In this document: positions 37,781 to 49,600 of the stretch, one piece after another | Layout: every line of letters starts with the position of its first letter | How positions within the stretch are numbered: position 1 is the stretch's first letter | Source of the DNA: Haliotis rubra | Taxonomy: Eukaryota | DNA: 64,000 nt | Direction: 5' to 3' | Assembly: GCF_003918875.1 (NCBI RefSeq) | Contig: NW_025766081.1 | Location: 1,178,001 to 1,242,000, forward strand | The notes under the pieces: model-generated | Database searches by the model: none | What the model was told of the DNA's origin: nothing | Seen by the model: only the letters and a program-made list of their open reading frames with translations | Program-made: the position numbers and the translations under genes

Positions 37781-38536
37781 TTCGAACGTAAACATGCACT
37801 AAAGTTTCCGAAAATGAATGTGCATACATTCTATGTACACATACCAGCATCATAATGGCGAAATTATGGCAATCTCACACTAATTTTGAAAAATATTTGA
37901 AATTTCATACATCAATATCACATATGCGTTTCATTTCGGGGAGAGTATACATTTCTCTGAAAAACGATACAAATAATCAACACATGTACATTAACAACTG
38001 TATATAAAGGAGATAACCAGGTCATCCTCTGAATTTTTGACCCATATGGTGAAACATAACCAGTGTCATATCTAATATCACATGTGCACATATCACTTTT
38101 GCCTAGCAACCATGATTGTTTCTGTATTTCGTCGTCTGTGACGTCAAAAAACAATTGAACGTGACGTCAATGAAGAGGGCCTTCACACTTGCTTACAGTG
38201 TTTTACTGCACAAATGTACATTAATAATATGGATAATAAGAAATTATTACACTCTCAGGTGTGCCATACGACAAAATTATGCAATACAAAATTTCACACT
38301 CCTTTTCGTATAAGTCGTATGGCACACTTGCCAGTGTAATAATCTCTATCTATTAGCTATAACATGGGAACTATATCTTTTTGCATTTGCATCGTGTAAT
38401 CATATATCTTTTTAGTGCTACAATCGATCTTTTCATGTAGAGTATTTTATATGATAATGTGCGTTTGTGCTCTTTGCTCATCAAAGTGGTATTAGTAGAG
38501 CTTCGCCTTGTTCTGAAAAGCTTTAAACTACCAATA

Positions 38537-38697
38537 TACTGAGGGAAACAAATAAGGGAACACCACTTCATCGCAGTGTGCCTCTATGTATTCTCAGATT
38601 TTCACTCACAGTGCAATACAAAGCTTGTGAAGAAACCTGGAAAAGAATAAAGGAACACTTGTACTTTTATGTGTTCCCTTATTTGTTTCACTCAGTA
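38537..38697. mobile_element. Tc1/mariner-type MITE
   Basis: TIR TACTGAGGGAAACAAATAAGGGAACAC / GTGTTCCCTTATTTGTTTCACTCAGTA with TA flanks. Confidence 0.85.
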
Positions 38698-38989
38698 TAT
38701 TATATTGAAACACTGTGTGCGTATCATATATATATACTTCTCACAGACATACTGGTCCGTCATACAATCCCTGAAACAAATATATGCAAGAAAGCCCATG
38801 CAAGTCAAGCAAGAGTGAAGTACTACAGCACAGAACAGACTTATATACATCAACTGGGATTCAGTAAAAACAATATGTAGGTATGCATCAAAGGAACTAA
38901 CAGCAATGGATAGTGCTAATAATGTAGTGACAATAGGAGGAAGCCAATTGCCGCAGACGCAGAACAAAATATACATGGCTAAGATTAAT

Positions 38990-39210
38990 TAGTATTGATG
39001 ACTGGACTGCTCTGCTCCGTTGTTTTCATCAGTTCGTTGCAGGCGGATTGAATGAGGTATCCTTGATCTCTGTGGATTGAGTGCTTGTGTCTGAGGATTT
39101 GAACTGCTTCTTCCAGTTTTCCTTTAGTGAAGTCCTGGAGGTTTTTCGATAATATCTCTACATTGTCCCAAGTTATGTTGTGATAAGGACTGTTGATGAT
39201 GTGGTCTGAA
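38990..39210 (-). mobile_element. Penelope-like element fragment (GIY-YIG C-terminus)
   Basis: Minus-strand frame ITWDNVEILSK...KLEEAVQILRHKHSIHRDQGY fits the Penelope DWDNxxIL...KIKEAI.I...NRDxG pattern. Confidence 0.65.
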
Positions 39211-39429
39211 ATTGCTGTTTGAACTAGTGCTCAAAAGAAAGTATACAGTGGCTTTGACCAAACGTGAAAAGGAAACAATTGCTATATACATGAACATCTG
39301 TTTAATTTCGACAGAGCGTTCAATTCTACAGCAAATGTACACAATTTCAAACAAAGTTGAAAGTACACGTGACACTGAAAGACACGTGGTATCATAGTCT
39401 GAACTTTTACACAAATCAGCATGGCGGGT

Positions 39430-40300
39430 TTTTTTCCGTTGTCATTCCTGAAGGAGACATTGTTCCAGTTGTTGAGTGGTGACAGGTGGCGCTGGTAGTC
39501 TTCTGATTTGTCGATCCAGGTAGTCCCATAAGTGTTCTATCGGATTCATGTCGGGGGAACATGCTAGCTACGGCAAAACAACGATATTAGCGTTATGCAG
39601 AAAGTCGTTTGTCAACCTTGCTCTGTGAGGCCTTGCGTTAAATCGTGTTGGTTGTCCATCATTTTGAACGTGTTTGTTGCTGGATAAATGGCTACACTGG
39701 TCGCGAAACTCCATCCCTATATCTTCGAGCATGCTCGTTTTGAATTCGCCGCAGATCATTCCCCACACCATCACGCTACCGGCTCAAAACGGTCGGACTT
39801 GCTGAAGGCAAATCGGCGCTAAACGTTCATCTACTCGTCTGTACACACGAGCCCGGTCGTCCATACTGTACAGGCAAAACCTACTCTCGTCGGTGAACAT
39901 CACACGTTACCATTCACGCATCTGCCAACGTCGAACTCGCCCGGCCCATGTCAATCGACGACGTCTGTTTTGAAGAGTCAGAAGCACTCCTCGGTAGGGT
40001 CGACGCGCTCCAATACCATGTTCTCTTAGTTGCCGGTACACTGTATGTCGACTGATACGGTGTCCTAGTGCCGTCGCTGCCGTTGACGTCGCCCTTGCAA
40101 AATAATTTCTCAGATGAATTCTCTGGATGTGGCGATCATCACCAGGCGTTGTCACTCGTGGTCGACCACTCCAAGGCCTGTCTGACGTAGTGCCTGTTTG
40201 TCTTAGTCGTTGCATCAGTCTGATGACAGTTGCTCCGGTGCAGCCGAAGATTCTTCAATGACGGTGTGATTAACTCCTCCATTCCGACATCTCTCTTTCG
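39430..40300 (-). mobile_element. Tc1 DDE transposase relic
   Basis: TGTTSDRPWSGRPRVTT HTH region, VMFTDESRF, VMVWG, NARPHRA and SPDMNPIEHLWD motifs with stops. Confidence 0.88.
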
Positions 40301-42208
40301 ATTTACCTCATATGTGGCATATTTCTTGTGTTCTTTTTACTACTGTGTTGCTCAAGTGATGCAAAGTCTGTTTTATACCGTTAGTATGCACGTGCATTTC
40401 GTGTTACATCAGAAAAAAATTGTTTGGGATTTTTTGCGACGCTTAGGCGATTCGTCAGCTTGTTTCGCCGTCTGTTCCCGGAAAAGAACATGGCTCAGTC
40501 TGGTTTTATCACTTCATTTTCATTCTTGTGAATGGCTAACCTTCCCACATTTCGTATTTGTAAAGATGATACTGTGACTAAAAAAGTCAAAGTGTCGATT
40601 TTCCGTGCTTTTGCAAATTGTGACGCTTTGTTTGATGTGTGTTGGGTAACTTTTCGTTAGTCGTTTCAGTGGTCCGTCAAAGTTTACTATTTAAAGTCCA
40701 CTCTAACGTTACCCGTCATAAGCTCTTCTCAATGCTTGGTTTAACGGCAGTGTCAACTGCTCAAGATCTAATTCTAAAGTAGAGTGGCGTGACAACAGGG
40801 TAAACATATCCTTCTCTTGCCAGTCCTGACTTTCCCTGAGAAATTCAGCATTCGGTGATGTGTACATTCAGTCTAAAATATGCTGCAATGATTTACAATG
40901 ACAAACATCGTGAATACTTCAGGAACTTCCGGGTCATAATTTTGTGTGCACAATAGATTTAAATATAACATAATATTAGTTATAACCAGGATGAAAACGA
41001 AACAGGAACTGCAACATTCGCATCCCGGTAATATTTTGAACGTTCGACATTGACGCCTACACAAACGTATCTGTAGCCGTTTTGCACACGACATTATGAA
41101 GTAATCCACATCGACGTGGCCTTGACAACCAAAGGTACAGACAAACGCCTACATTAAGTAAGTCTCTCTAAATGGATATTTACATTATGTGCAGGATGAA
41201 CAGATATATTAAATGTCCGAAATCTATGGTAATGACAACATAGCTTATACCATTTTTATAGCTCTATGTGCGTGCTTGTGTTGTCGTCTATTGCCGGTTA
41301 TATTGTGGAAACCGATTAAGATACCCTGCTCCTGATGGTCGCGTACCGATCCGTCGAATTTCTGATTTCAGAGTAGTCAAATGCATTCGACGGATGAGCA
41401 CTGTGATCTTAGCTATTAAATAGTTATCAAAACATTGGATCATACCACAAAAAAGACGTCGCAAGGGATGTTGGGTGGTTTGACTCTATTTTTGTACTTT
41501 TGTACTTATCTTTGCCTACTCATACGATACAATGAGAAATTGATGCATTAAATATATGTTTTGACTCTTTATTTTTGCAATTGATGCATTAAATAAAATG
41601 CATTCATACGGAGAAATATATACAAGGATATTATATCTATATCTGCATTCAATAAAACGAAACATTATTTCCTTGACACATTTTCAGTTTGTAGGAATGT
41701 TACACACGATCACCATACTCCGAGGAAGTGTCCAACACAATCAATGTAGCCCATTAATCCGATGGACTCTGTAGGTTTAAATCCTTTTGGCATGAGTTGA
41801 TCAAATTATGAATGTGGCGTGTCCATGTCATCTGGTGGTCGAAAGTTAGTCCTAAGAATTAAGCTTCCTCTTTGAATTTAATTTCTTGCTTAGTTAGGTG
41901 CAGTTTGGGGGTATAATTCTGCATTCGCTGTGTTTTGAATAGAATGCCCACGGGTTTTCTTTACGTTAATATGGAAACCCCATTTTATACTCTCCGGGTA
42001 TAATGGTGTTGGGACCTATGAATTTTGATAGTATATCTAAATCATTGATAGTGATTTTAATGGATGATTAACACTCATGCCCCATTCAGGCACGTTAAAC
42101 CTGAACAAAAACGTATAGGTTCGTTCCAAATGGTAAGACAGCCGATATTCAAAGTGTTTGTTGCTGGGGGCGTGATTCTTACTACTCAATCTATGATTCT
42201 CTCTTGAG

Positions 42209-42445
42209 TGGTTGGTTTGTTTGTTGTTTAACGCTCCACTCCGCAATATCCCAGCTATATGGCGGCGGTCTGTAAATAATCGAAGCCGGACCAGACAATC
42301 CAGTGATCAAAAGCATGAGCATCGATCTACACAATTGGGATACGATGACATGTGTCAACCAAGTCAGCGAGTCTGACCACCCGATCCCATTAGTCGACAA
42401 GTATGGGCTACTGAAGATCAGTTGTAACCCGGATCTTCACGGGTC
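42209..42445 (-). mobile_element. Family B retroposon, near full length
   Basis: Reverse complement GACCCGTGAAGATCCGGGTTAC...; TSD core CTCTTGAG at 42201 and 42448. Confidence 0.88.
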
Positions 42446-42648
42446 TACTCTTGAGATACATTTTACATTGTGCCAACATGTCATATGGAACTCTGGGCGG
42501 TTTCCAGTAATTTTAAAAGGGTTTCAAAACAGTAAATGTACATGAGTTTCTCGTTCTAATGTTCGCCATTATATAGCCGGTTTACTAACAATGTGACGTT
42601 ATATTTTAACTCTCTTTCTTCTTACCATGTCAGGCACAGTACCACGAC

Positions 42649-43716
42649 ATGACGTCATGCAACAACATCAGCCAATCAAATTATTCCGTGTCAAAGGAGA
42701 CCCTCTTGTGGAAGGAAAATGAAAACATGGCCAAGACTCTCATTCCTGCCATGGCGTTTGTAGGAGTCATATTGGTGACCGGATTCTTTGGGAACGCTTT
42801 AGTATGCCATATATTCACAAGAAGGATTCCTTTATCTGTCAACACTTTTCTTCTGGTCTTCCTCGCAGCCTTGGACCTGGTGAACTGCACATTGGCAATG
42901 CCGTTCGAAATAATGGATATGCGCTATTTCTATCTTTTTGACAGTGACATAACATGTAAGATATTTCGTTTTATTGTAGCATTTCCCAATATCGACTCGG
43001 CATTTGTTCTGTTGATCACAACAATCAACAGGTACAGGATGGTATGTAAACCCATGTCAGTTCAAATGACTATGAAAGAGGCCAAGAGGCATGTTGCCAT
43101 AGCAACCACTGCAGCCTTTTTGCTCTCCCTGCCAGCTTTGGTAATATATGGAAAACGAACAGTGAAAACAAACACATATGGACTGTGTGGACACGATTGT
43201 ACAACAAGTGAACACATGAAAGGTTTAATGTTCCCCTTGATTTACCAAATATTTGGAGGAAGTGTAGTGTTGGTTATATCTGTGGCGATATGCTATATGT
43301 ATATCAACGTTTGGAGAGAAATACGGAAACATAAGAAAAACATTTGTAACAACACACAGTTTGTTCTTCATGAAAATTCAAGGAGAGGAAATATTTCAAG
43401 CACCAATTCAGATTTTCAGAATGAAGAGGTCCCAGAAAAAAAGACAACAAAGCATAAATTATTTCGGGGAAAACGCATAACCGTCATTGCTTTTACAGTG
43501 ACATTTGCTTTCATACTGAGTTACCTCCCTTATGCTGCAATCATAACCGTGCGCGGTATTCAAACTTTGACATTTCATCCTGATGGAGTGTGGTTTGTAA
43601 CGTACAACATTCTAATTCGGTCGTACTTCATCAGTTCAATGATAAACCCATTAGTGTACGGATTCATGAGTCAGACGTTTCGACAGGAGTGTTTGAAACT
43701 GATTTTTTTCAAATGA
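42649..43716 (+). CDS. Class A orphan GPCR, subtype A, copy 6 (355 aa; DRY replaced by NRY)
   Basis: Intact 7TM ORF paralogous to copies 1 and 5; NPLVY present; AATAAA near 43742. Confidence 0.92.
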   Translation: MTSCNNISQSNYSVSKETLLWKENENMAKTLIPAMAFVGVILVTGFFGNALVCHIFTRRIPLSVNTFLLVFLAALDLVNCTLAMPFEIMDMRYFYLFDSDITCKIFRFIVAFPNIDSAFVLLITTINRYRMVCKPMSVQMTMKEAKRHVAIATTAAFLLSLPALVIYGKRTVKTNTYGLCGHDCTTSEHMKGLMFPLIYQIFGGSVVLVISVAICYMYINVWREIRKHKKNICNNTQFVLHENSRRGNISSTNSDFQNEEVPEKKTTKHKLFRGKRITVIAFTVTFAFILSYLPYAAIITVRGIQTLTFHPDGVWFVTYNILIRSYFISSMINPLVYGFMSQTFRQECLKLIFFK

Positions 43717-44648
43717 TAGCTAATTAAGATCATTGTTTTGCAATAAAACATCGAAACGGGCAAACATATTGTTGTATTTCTTTTTCCAGTGAGTAGGTTA
43801 AAAGAAAGCCTGAACTGTCACTTATACATGCCTAGTTTAAGAGCGACTTCAGCCCGGGGCCCCGTTTTATCAGGGATAATCTACAACGTTATATAGTCTC
43901 TCTGGTTTCATAAAGCGATCGTAGCGCTGCGCGTGACTTTCTAAACTCAAATCCTTTGACCAAGACAATCTCGGCGTGAAGAAAGATTGTCGTCATATAG
44001 CTGAAAAGTGTAGAGTAACGCTTAGTCTCTGAAAACATATAATTTTGATAGGATAGATAATTCCATTTTATATCGAAAACGAAGTCGAGGAAATGCCCAG
44101 CCCAATCAAGAAGGTGCTTAATCGATGCCCAGCGTACGTTTTATTGAGACTTGCTGTTCATGTTCTATTAAGGGTGTGTCCCAGTGTCAAATGAACAATT
44201 ATTTATGCGCCCAGTAGTTGCAAAGAATATCAATATTGCTCAACTGAATGTATATTAGAGACAAAACCGTACTGACAAATGTGAAGGAATACATACCGTC
44301 ATTTGTTGAATGTTCTCTGGACCGTTTTGGTTGGTCGTCTGTTATAACGGTCAATGTCTTCAGGTGTTTTTTGACATTTCATTTATCATTTATTTGAAGT
44401 ATCTCTGTAATATATAAAAAAGTAAATTATCTGGTCAGAGAATACATGACAATAAGCAGCCTAGCTGATCGAGTGTGTGGGTGATATAGATTTGACAGTA
44501 TTCCTCTTATGCTGAAGATGGTTTGGGAAATAACTGTAAAATGTCTAAATAAGGGGCCGGTTGTTTATTACAGGGGTGGCTGGGTCGGAGGTTTTGGAAA
44601 CTCAATTACCCCTGAACAAATGCAAGTCACAACCCTCCCCGAAAAGAG

Positions 44649-44738
44649 TGAGTGAGTATGGTTTTACGCCGCTTTTAGCAATATTCCAACAATATCACAG
44701 AGGGGGACACCAGAAATGGGTTTCAGACATTGTACCAT
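44649..44738 (-). mobile_element. 5'-truncated family A SINE
   Basis: Tail half only; perfect 13-bp TSD TCCCCGAAAAGAG at 44636 and 44739. Confidence 0.88.
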
Positions 44739-45974
44739 TCCCCGAAAAGAGGAAATGGACAGGCACATAATATTTCATTACACAATGTCCAAATGTTCGT
44801 GACCCTCCACAAACAAGTGGAATTGTTTTATTGCATTGTAGTAATTTATAATTTATGTCACAATAGTTACTTCTTCCGTCATTTAAAATAGCCACTTATC
44901 TGAGTTTTTAATTAGTGAAAGAGGGTATGGACAAGGAGGTATTTCATCTCAATATCTCAGTATCTATTTCTCTTGGTAGCTGAATCACTAGATACGTGGT
45001 AAGGAATGGTGATAATACTATAAGGTATTATAAAAAAATATAAAATATAAATTAGGTCAGTATGTTGATGATAGAGAGTTTGTACTTTCTACAGAATGTC
45101 AGGTCTCACGATATATACTGACAAGACAAAAATATCGGGACAAAAGCAGAAAGCACAGAAACGTTATGTGGAGATATATAATTTGATCTCACACATGCGA
45201 TATCTCCTGTGGAACACAGTTTTGGATGATAAATTGAGTTTGAAGCATTAAGTTTACTCCAAATTCAATGATTAAGAATGCAAGAGAAAGGCTAGTCGAA
45301 ATAAACAGATCAAATCCCTGGCATTGTGGAGGAAAAGATAGTAACAATGGTAGGTACAATTACTGTAATAAAAAATTAAACAATTTCTAAACTTGTTTAT
45401 GTTTTTAGCACATTACCCAATCCACCTGTAGATTTTGTGAAAAATTAAAATTTTAACATTAATATTCGATGATTATTTTTTTGTCTGGCATGAAGTCGTT
45501 AATACAGACGTGGTTTAAAGGATGCTAAACTCCTTGATTTTCTGTGAAAGTTTTTTCATGGGCTTGTTTATGCAAAAATGGAACTTATGAAAATGAAATG
45601 GGTAGCTATAGTGATATATGCAGCTTATGTAATGTAAAGAATAATTGTATTTATCATGTTTATGGGAATGTCACGAAAACAACACATATCTTGAGATTTG
45701 GATTAATCACTTTAAGAAATTGAAATAGATTTGGATTAATCACTTTAAGAAATAGAATTAACATTACATTACAGACAATAAATTACTAAACCCAAGATCG
45801 AATTATCTCTTCAACAGACTTATTATTTGTGTAATATTAAAAAGCCAATTCGAAATTAATCAGTTATCAGAGCATTGGAAAAAGAGATATTTATGTTTGA
45901 AGGATTAATCTCAAGGAGAAATAGCTTCGATCACTCCCAATATTCAATCTTTGAGTGAGTGAGTATGGTTTTAC

Positions 45975-46168
45975 CACAGGCCCTCGTGTCTTTGAGAGGA
46001 TTAAAGATTTAAGAAAATAAAATTGAGATGACCCATGAATCGACATGCTTCCCAGTACAATAAGTCATGATTTATTTATTGTGCTGGGAAGCATTTCGAG
46101 TCGGGGGTCATCTCAATTTCTAAAATATATTTTTAATCTTAATCCTTGCAAAGACACGAGGGCCTGTG
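45975..46168. mobile_element. Foldback MITE inserted in a family A SINE
   Basis: CACAGGCCCTCGTGTCTTTG / CAAAGACACGAGGGCCTGTG ends, palindromic throughout; 8-bp TSD GGTTTTAC / GATTTTAC. Confidence 0.85.
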
Positions 46169-46614
46169 GATTTTACCCCGCTTTTATCAGTATTCAAGCA
46201 TCATTACTGCGGGTGACGCCAGAAATGTACCAATGTAAGGAATGGAAACCGGGCCTTCGGAGTGACGGGCGGACGCAAATTAGCGCCTTCTTCTTGCGAA
46301 ACATATGACGAGAGGAGGCGGCACCCAGTTTATGGTTAAATGTTGTGCAGCGCAACGAGAGCTTGGAAACAGGTCTTACTGCTAGTACTTACCTGTTAAC
46401 TCATCATATATGGTAGCATGTTCAAATATGTATGTGTAACATATTTTACAAATTTTCTTAGATAATATTTCATATCACACAAACATCAATATTAGACGTA
46501 TATAACTACTATAAAATTATTATGGTAATTGAACCATTATTTTTTTGGACAATCAAATAGCGTTCTGTATAAATAGGTTTTCAGGATAGTACTGTAGCAC
46601 GATTCAGATTCATC

Positions 46615-49600
46615 ATGGCGAGCACAAGCAAAGCACTGACGGTAGGAGGAGAAAGAACTACTGGACAGTCAGTAAGAACTCAAAATGGTGAGAAACGTTA
46701 CATTTTTGATATTACTATTTGTATTTGTTACGTGTACAGTCGTTAAAAGAGCCTTTGTAAACTGTTTTAGGGTATGTCGCCAGATTTCCCTAGACCGGCA
46801 ACCCACGTGTTTAGTCATGTTGAGAGCACGTTATTCTGGAATCTTCTTTAGCAACAAGCCTGCTATGCCTTAATAGCTTTCAATAAAGACCGAATATGCT
46901 TATGATGGATTTGGTCGGTGAATGGGGATGGAAACCTGTTGTCTCCACATACATACACTATTTAGTGGATTACCCGACTGTAATAAATGTGTACGAATTG
47001 TTTAGGCAGTTGTCAATACAAACATGGCATATAAATCCTGTCGTTTATTTTTGCTATGTCGTCCTAAAAAACTGTTCTCGTAATGTCTGGTAATGTTTTC
47101 CAATACGTCGAATATTTTGTAGTGAGTACAGAACATTATAACATTGCTATACTAACGCTGAAGGTGTCGTTCTCGCCACAGGTACCACAGATATGTACCC
47201 TAAACAAAGTCAAAATACAGAAACGTACCCCAGCCCATATTCTGCACCCCCCAAACCGAAACCGTATGTAGTTCAACATTACTTGTACATGGTACTGGCT
47301 AGCGAACGGTTATCGCCAATACATCAGTATCACACGTGCACAGTTCGGTCAATTACCATTACAGTATTTTTTCCCCATGGTATTTGACAACAATAAAGTA
47401 CAGCAAAAGAAAATTCTTCACGGCAAGTAACATAAGAGAAAAATTAAAGAAAATGTTATGAACCCTATATAAAAATTAACTTAGTTGGGAGCATGTCCCA
47501 CGACCTGTATAATAGCAAGTTCATGTTCACACGTCATTAGTTGTTTCATGCCCTATCAACCTACAGTAAAATAAGCACTCAAATAGTCATACAATCAACT
47601 GTTAGGGGTTACTGTATGGTATGAATGTATATTATTTAGTTGTGAGAAAACATCTATTTATACTGCCATGATTCCCTTCCGCCACGTTATATAAAAAAAC
47701 CCATGATCGGCGGCAGTGAACATGCTGGACACATCGGTGAATAGCAAATTAAGTATCATAATTAATTCCGTTTCATTAATTTAACGAACGACGGAGTAAG
47801 TTTGCAAATACCTCCAAAATACGGCGATAACTGTTCACTAGCGATTACCTGACATTGAAAATCATGAAGGAAGTTTGATTGAAAGGGTTATCAAAGGGCA
47901 GAGGATTTAGTTAAGGGTAACATACCGTAACACAATTAAGATGAACTACCCTAAGGATCAACGAGGCATTCCAAATAAATGAGATGGGCGCCACAGGCAG
48001 TCACAGGCACTATAATTAAATGATCTAATTTCTAAATTGCATCTGTCAAACTACAGTGGTGCCCACACTCCTGCCACACTGACCCTGCTAACGTAAATTC
48101 CATTCCTGAAACTATTTCAAGCACTTGGTTTAGGCTCAGTAATATTTCACCAGGTATCAGTGTATATTTACAATTTGCAGCACGGTCATTGTCAGTTGAT
48201 TTTAACACCTAGCGATATAGGTTCTCAGGGATTGGGATGGAGACCTTTGACAATGGGCCATTTTCAGGATTATTAGCAATTTTCTGAATTCAGAATGGGT
48301 CACTGCCCTTGTATCAATAGTAAACTTCAAAATTTTAATGGGCCATTTTTTATTCTAATGTGCAATATGGCCCTTGCCTTTCCCAATGCCTGGGTTCTTG
48401 TTCCCACTGTATCATGCATGGTGAAATGTTATTGTCAATATCATTAATTTTGATTGCTATATGTATTGATCTCTACTGTTTAGCATTAATGATACTTATA
48501 TAAAGAAAGTGCCTTGCAAATGTGTGACCAGCCCAAGACTAAAAGTGGGTAGCATACTAGTATGATAATGCATGACTACAATTTAGATCATTCTAAGGTT
48601 TCTCTGAATCTGGTGTTCTCTAACTACTTAAGTGTAGTATTTTTCCCCGTTTCCAACAGTACTTTGTCAGTTGTATACTGTACTATTAGTTATTATCCCT
48701 CGCCACGAAGTAGAAAGGGGATATTGGTTTGAGAATCTGTTATAGGTAGGGTAGCCAAATTTGGTATGTGTTTTCAGGACATGCCTTGAACGAGTTCGAA
48801 AACAGAAACCATGTTACGATTCTTTAAAGAGTTGTTGAAACTGTGGGTGAATAAAGTTGGTTTTATCATTTCAGTTCTCGCAGCCAGCTCCATTGCCAAC
48901 ATTGTCAAGAGCAGCTTGGGCCCAGTGGGTCTTGACAAGATGTTAGTAGATGACATTGGGGTAAGCACAGCACCAAATTTTTCTTTGTTAAACATGTCTG
49001 TGCAGTGACCTTTGTTTTAAATCCCAGATTCATCCTAATATTATAACAGCTGATAAAATGACAAGTGTTATTTATCAGTTTGGAATTGAGGCAAATCAGG
49101 CATTTAAGCCATCAGTCAGATCAATTCACAACTAAGGGAGGCTATTATATATGGGGGTGGGGTAGCATAATGGTTAAAGCACCCTGTTGTCACGTTGAAG
49201 ACCCAGGTTCGATTCCCCCACATGGGTTACAATGTGTGGTGCCCATTTCTGGTGCCCCCTGCTGGAATATTGCTAAAGGCATAAACCATACTCACTCACT
49301 ATTAGTATTATATATGGCCTAATGATTGTTTCTGGCATGTTGATCATTGTGAAGTAGACCTGACTTAGACCAATAATAACTGAACAAAATTTAGGTGAAC
49401 AGGGACCACATATATTTTTGCATCCGTTTCTAGCTTGCAATACAGTCATCCCTCGCCATAACGCTGGTCTTGGGGTCCATGGATGACCCCCCGCGTTATT
49501 AGACACCTGCGTTATAGTAACGATTACATAACACTGAACAAAGGCCAAGTAAAATCGTATTTTCCATGGACATAACAAAACTACTATTTCGTGTATTGTG

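Noticed and set aside
38692-38976. Hydrophobic ORF resembling GPCR TM6-TM7 (GNWLP)
   Set aside because: No NPxxY or upstream helices, and flanked by TEs; too weak to call.
38990-39040. Hammerhead ribozyme after the Penelope fragment (CTGATGA on the minus strand)
   Set aside because: No stem II followed by GAAA and no closing helices; the element appears truncated. Other CTGATGA hits (7393, 40220, 62262, 63164) also lack the core.
12085-43716. Naming the receptors CCKAR, orexin or other neuropeptide receptors
   Set aside because: Only generic class A motifs are visible; orthology needs a phylogeny.
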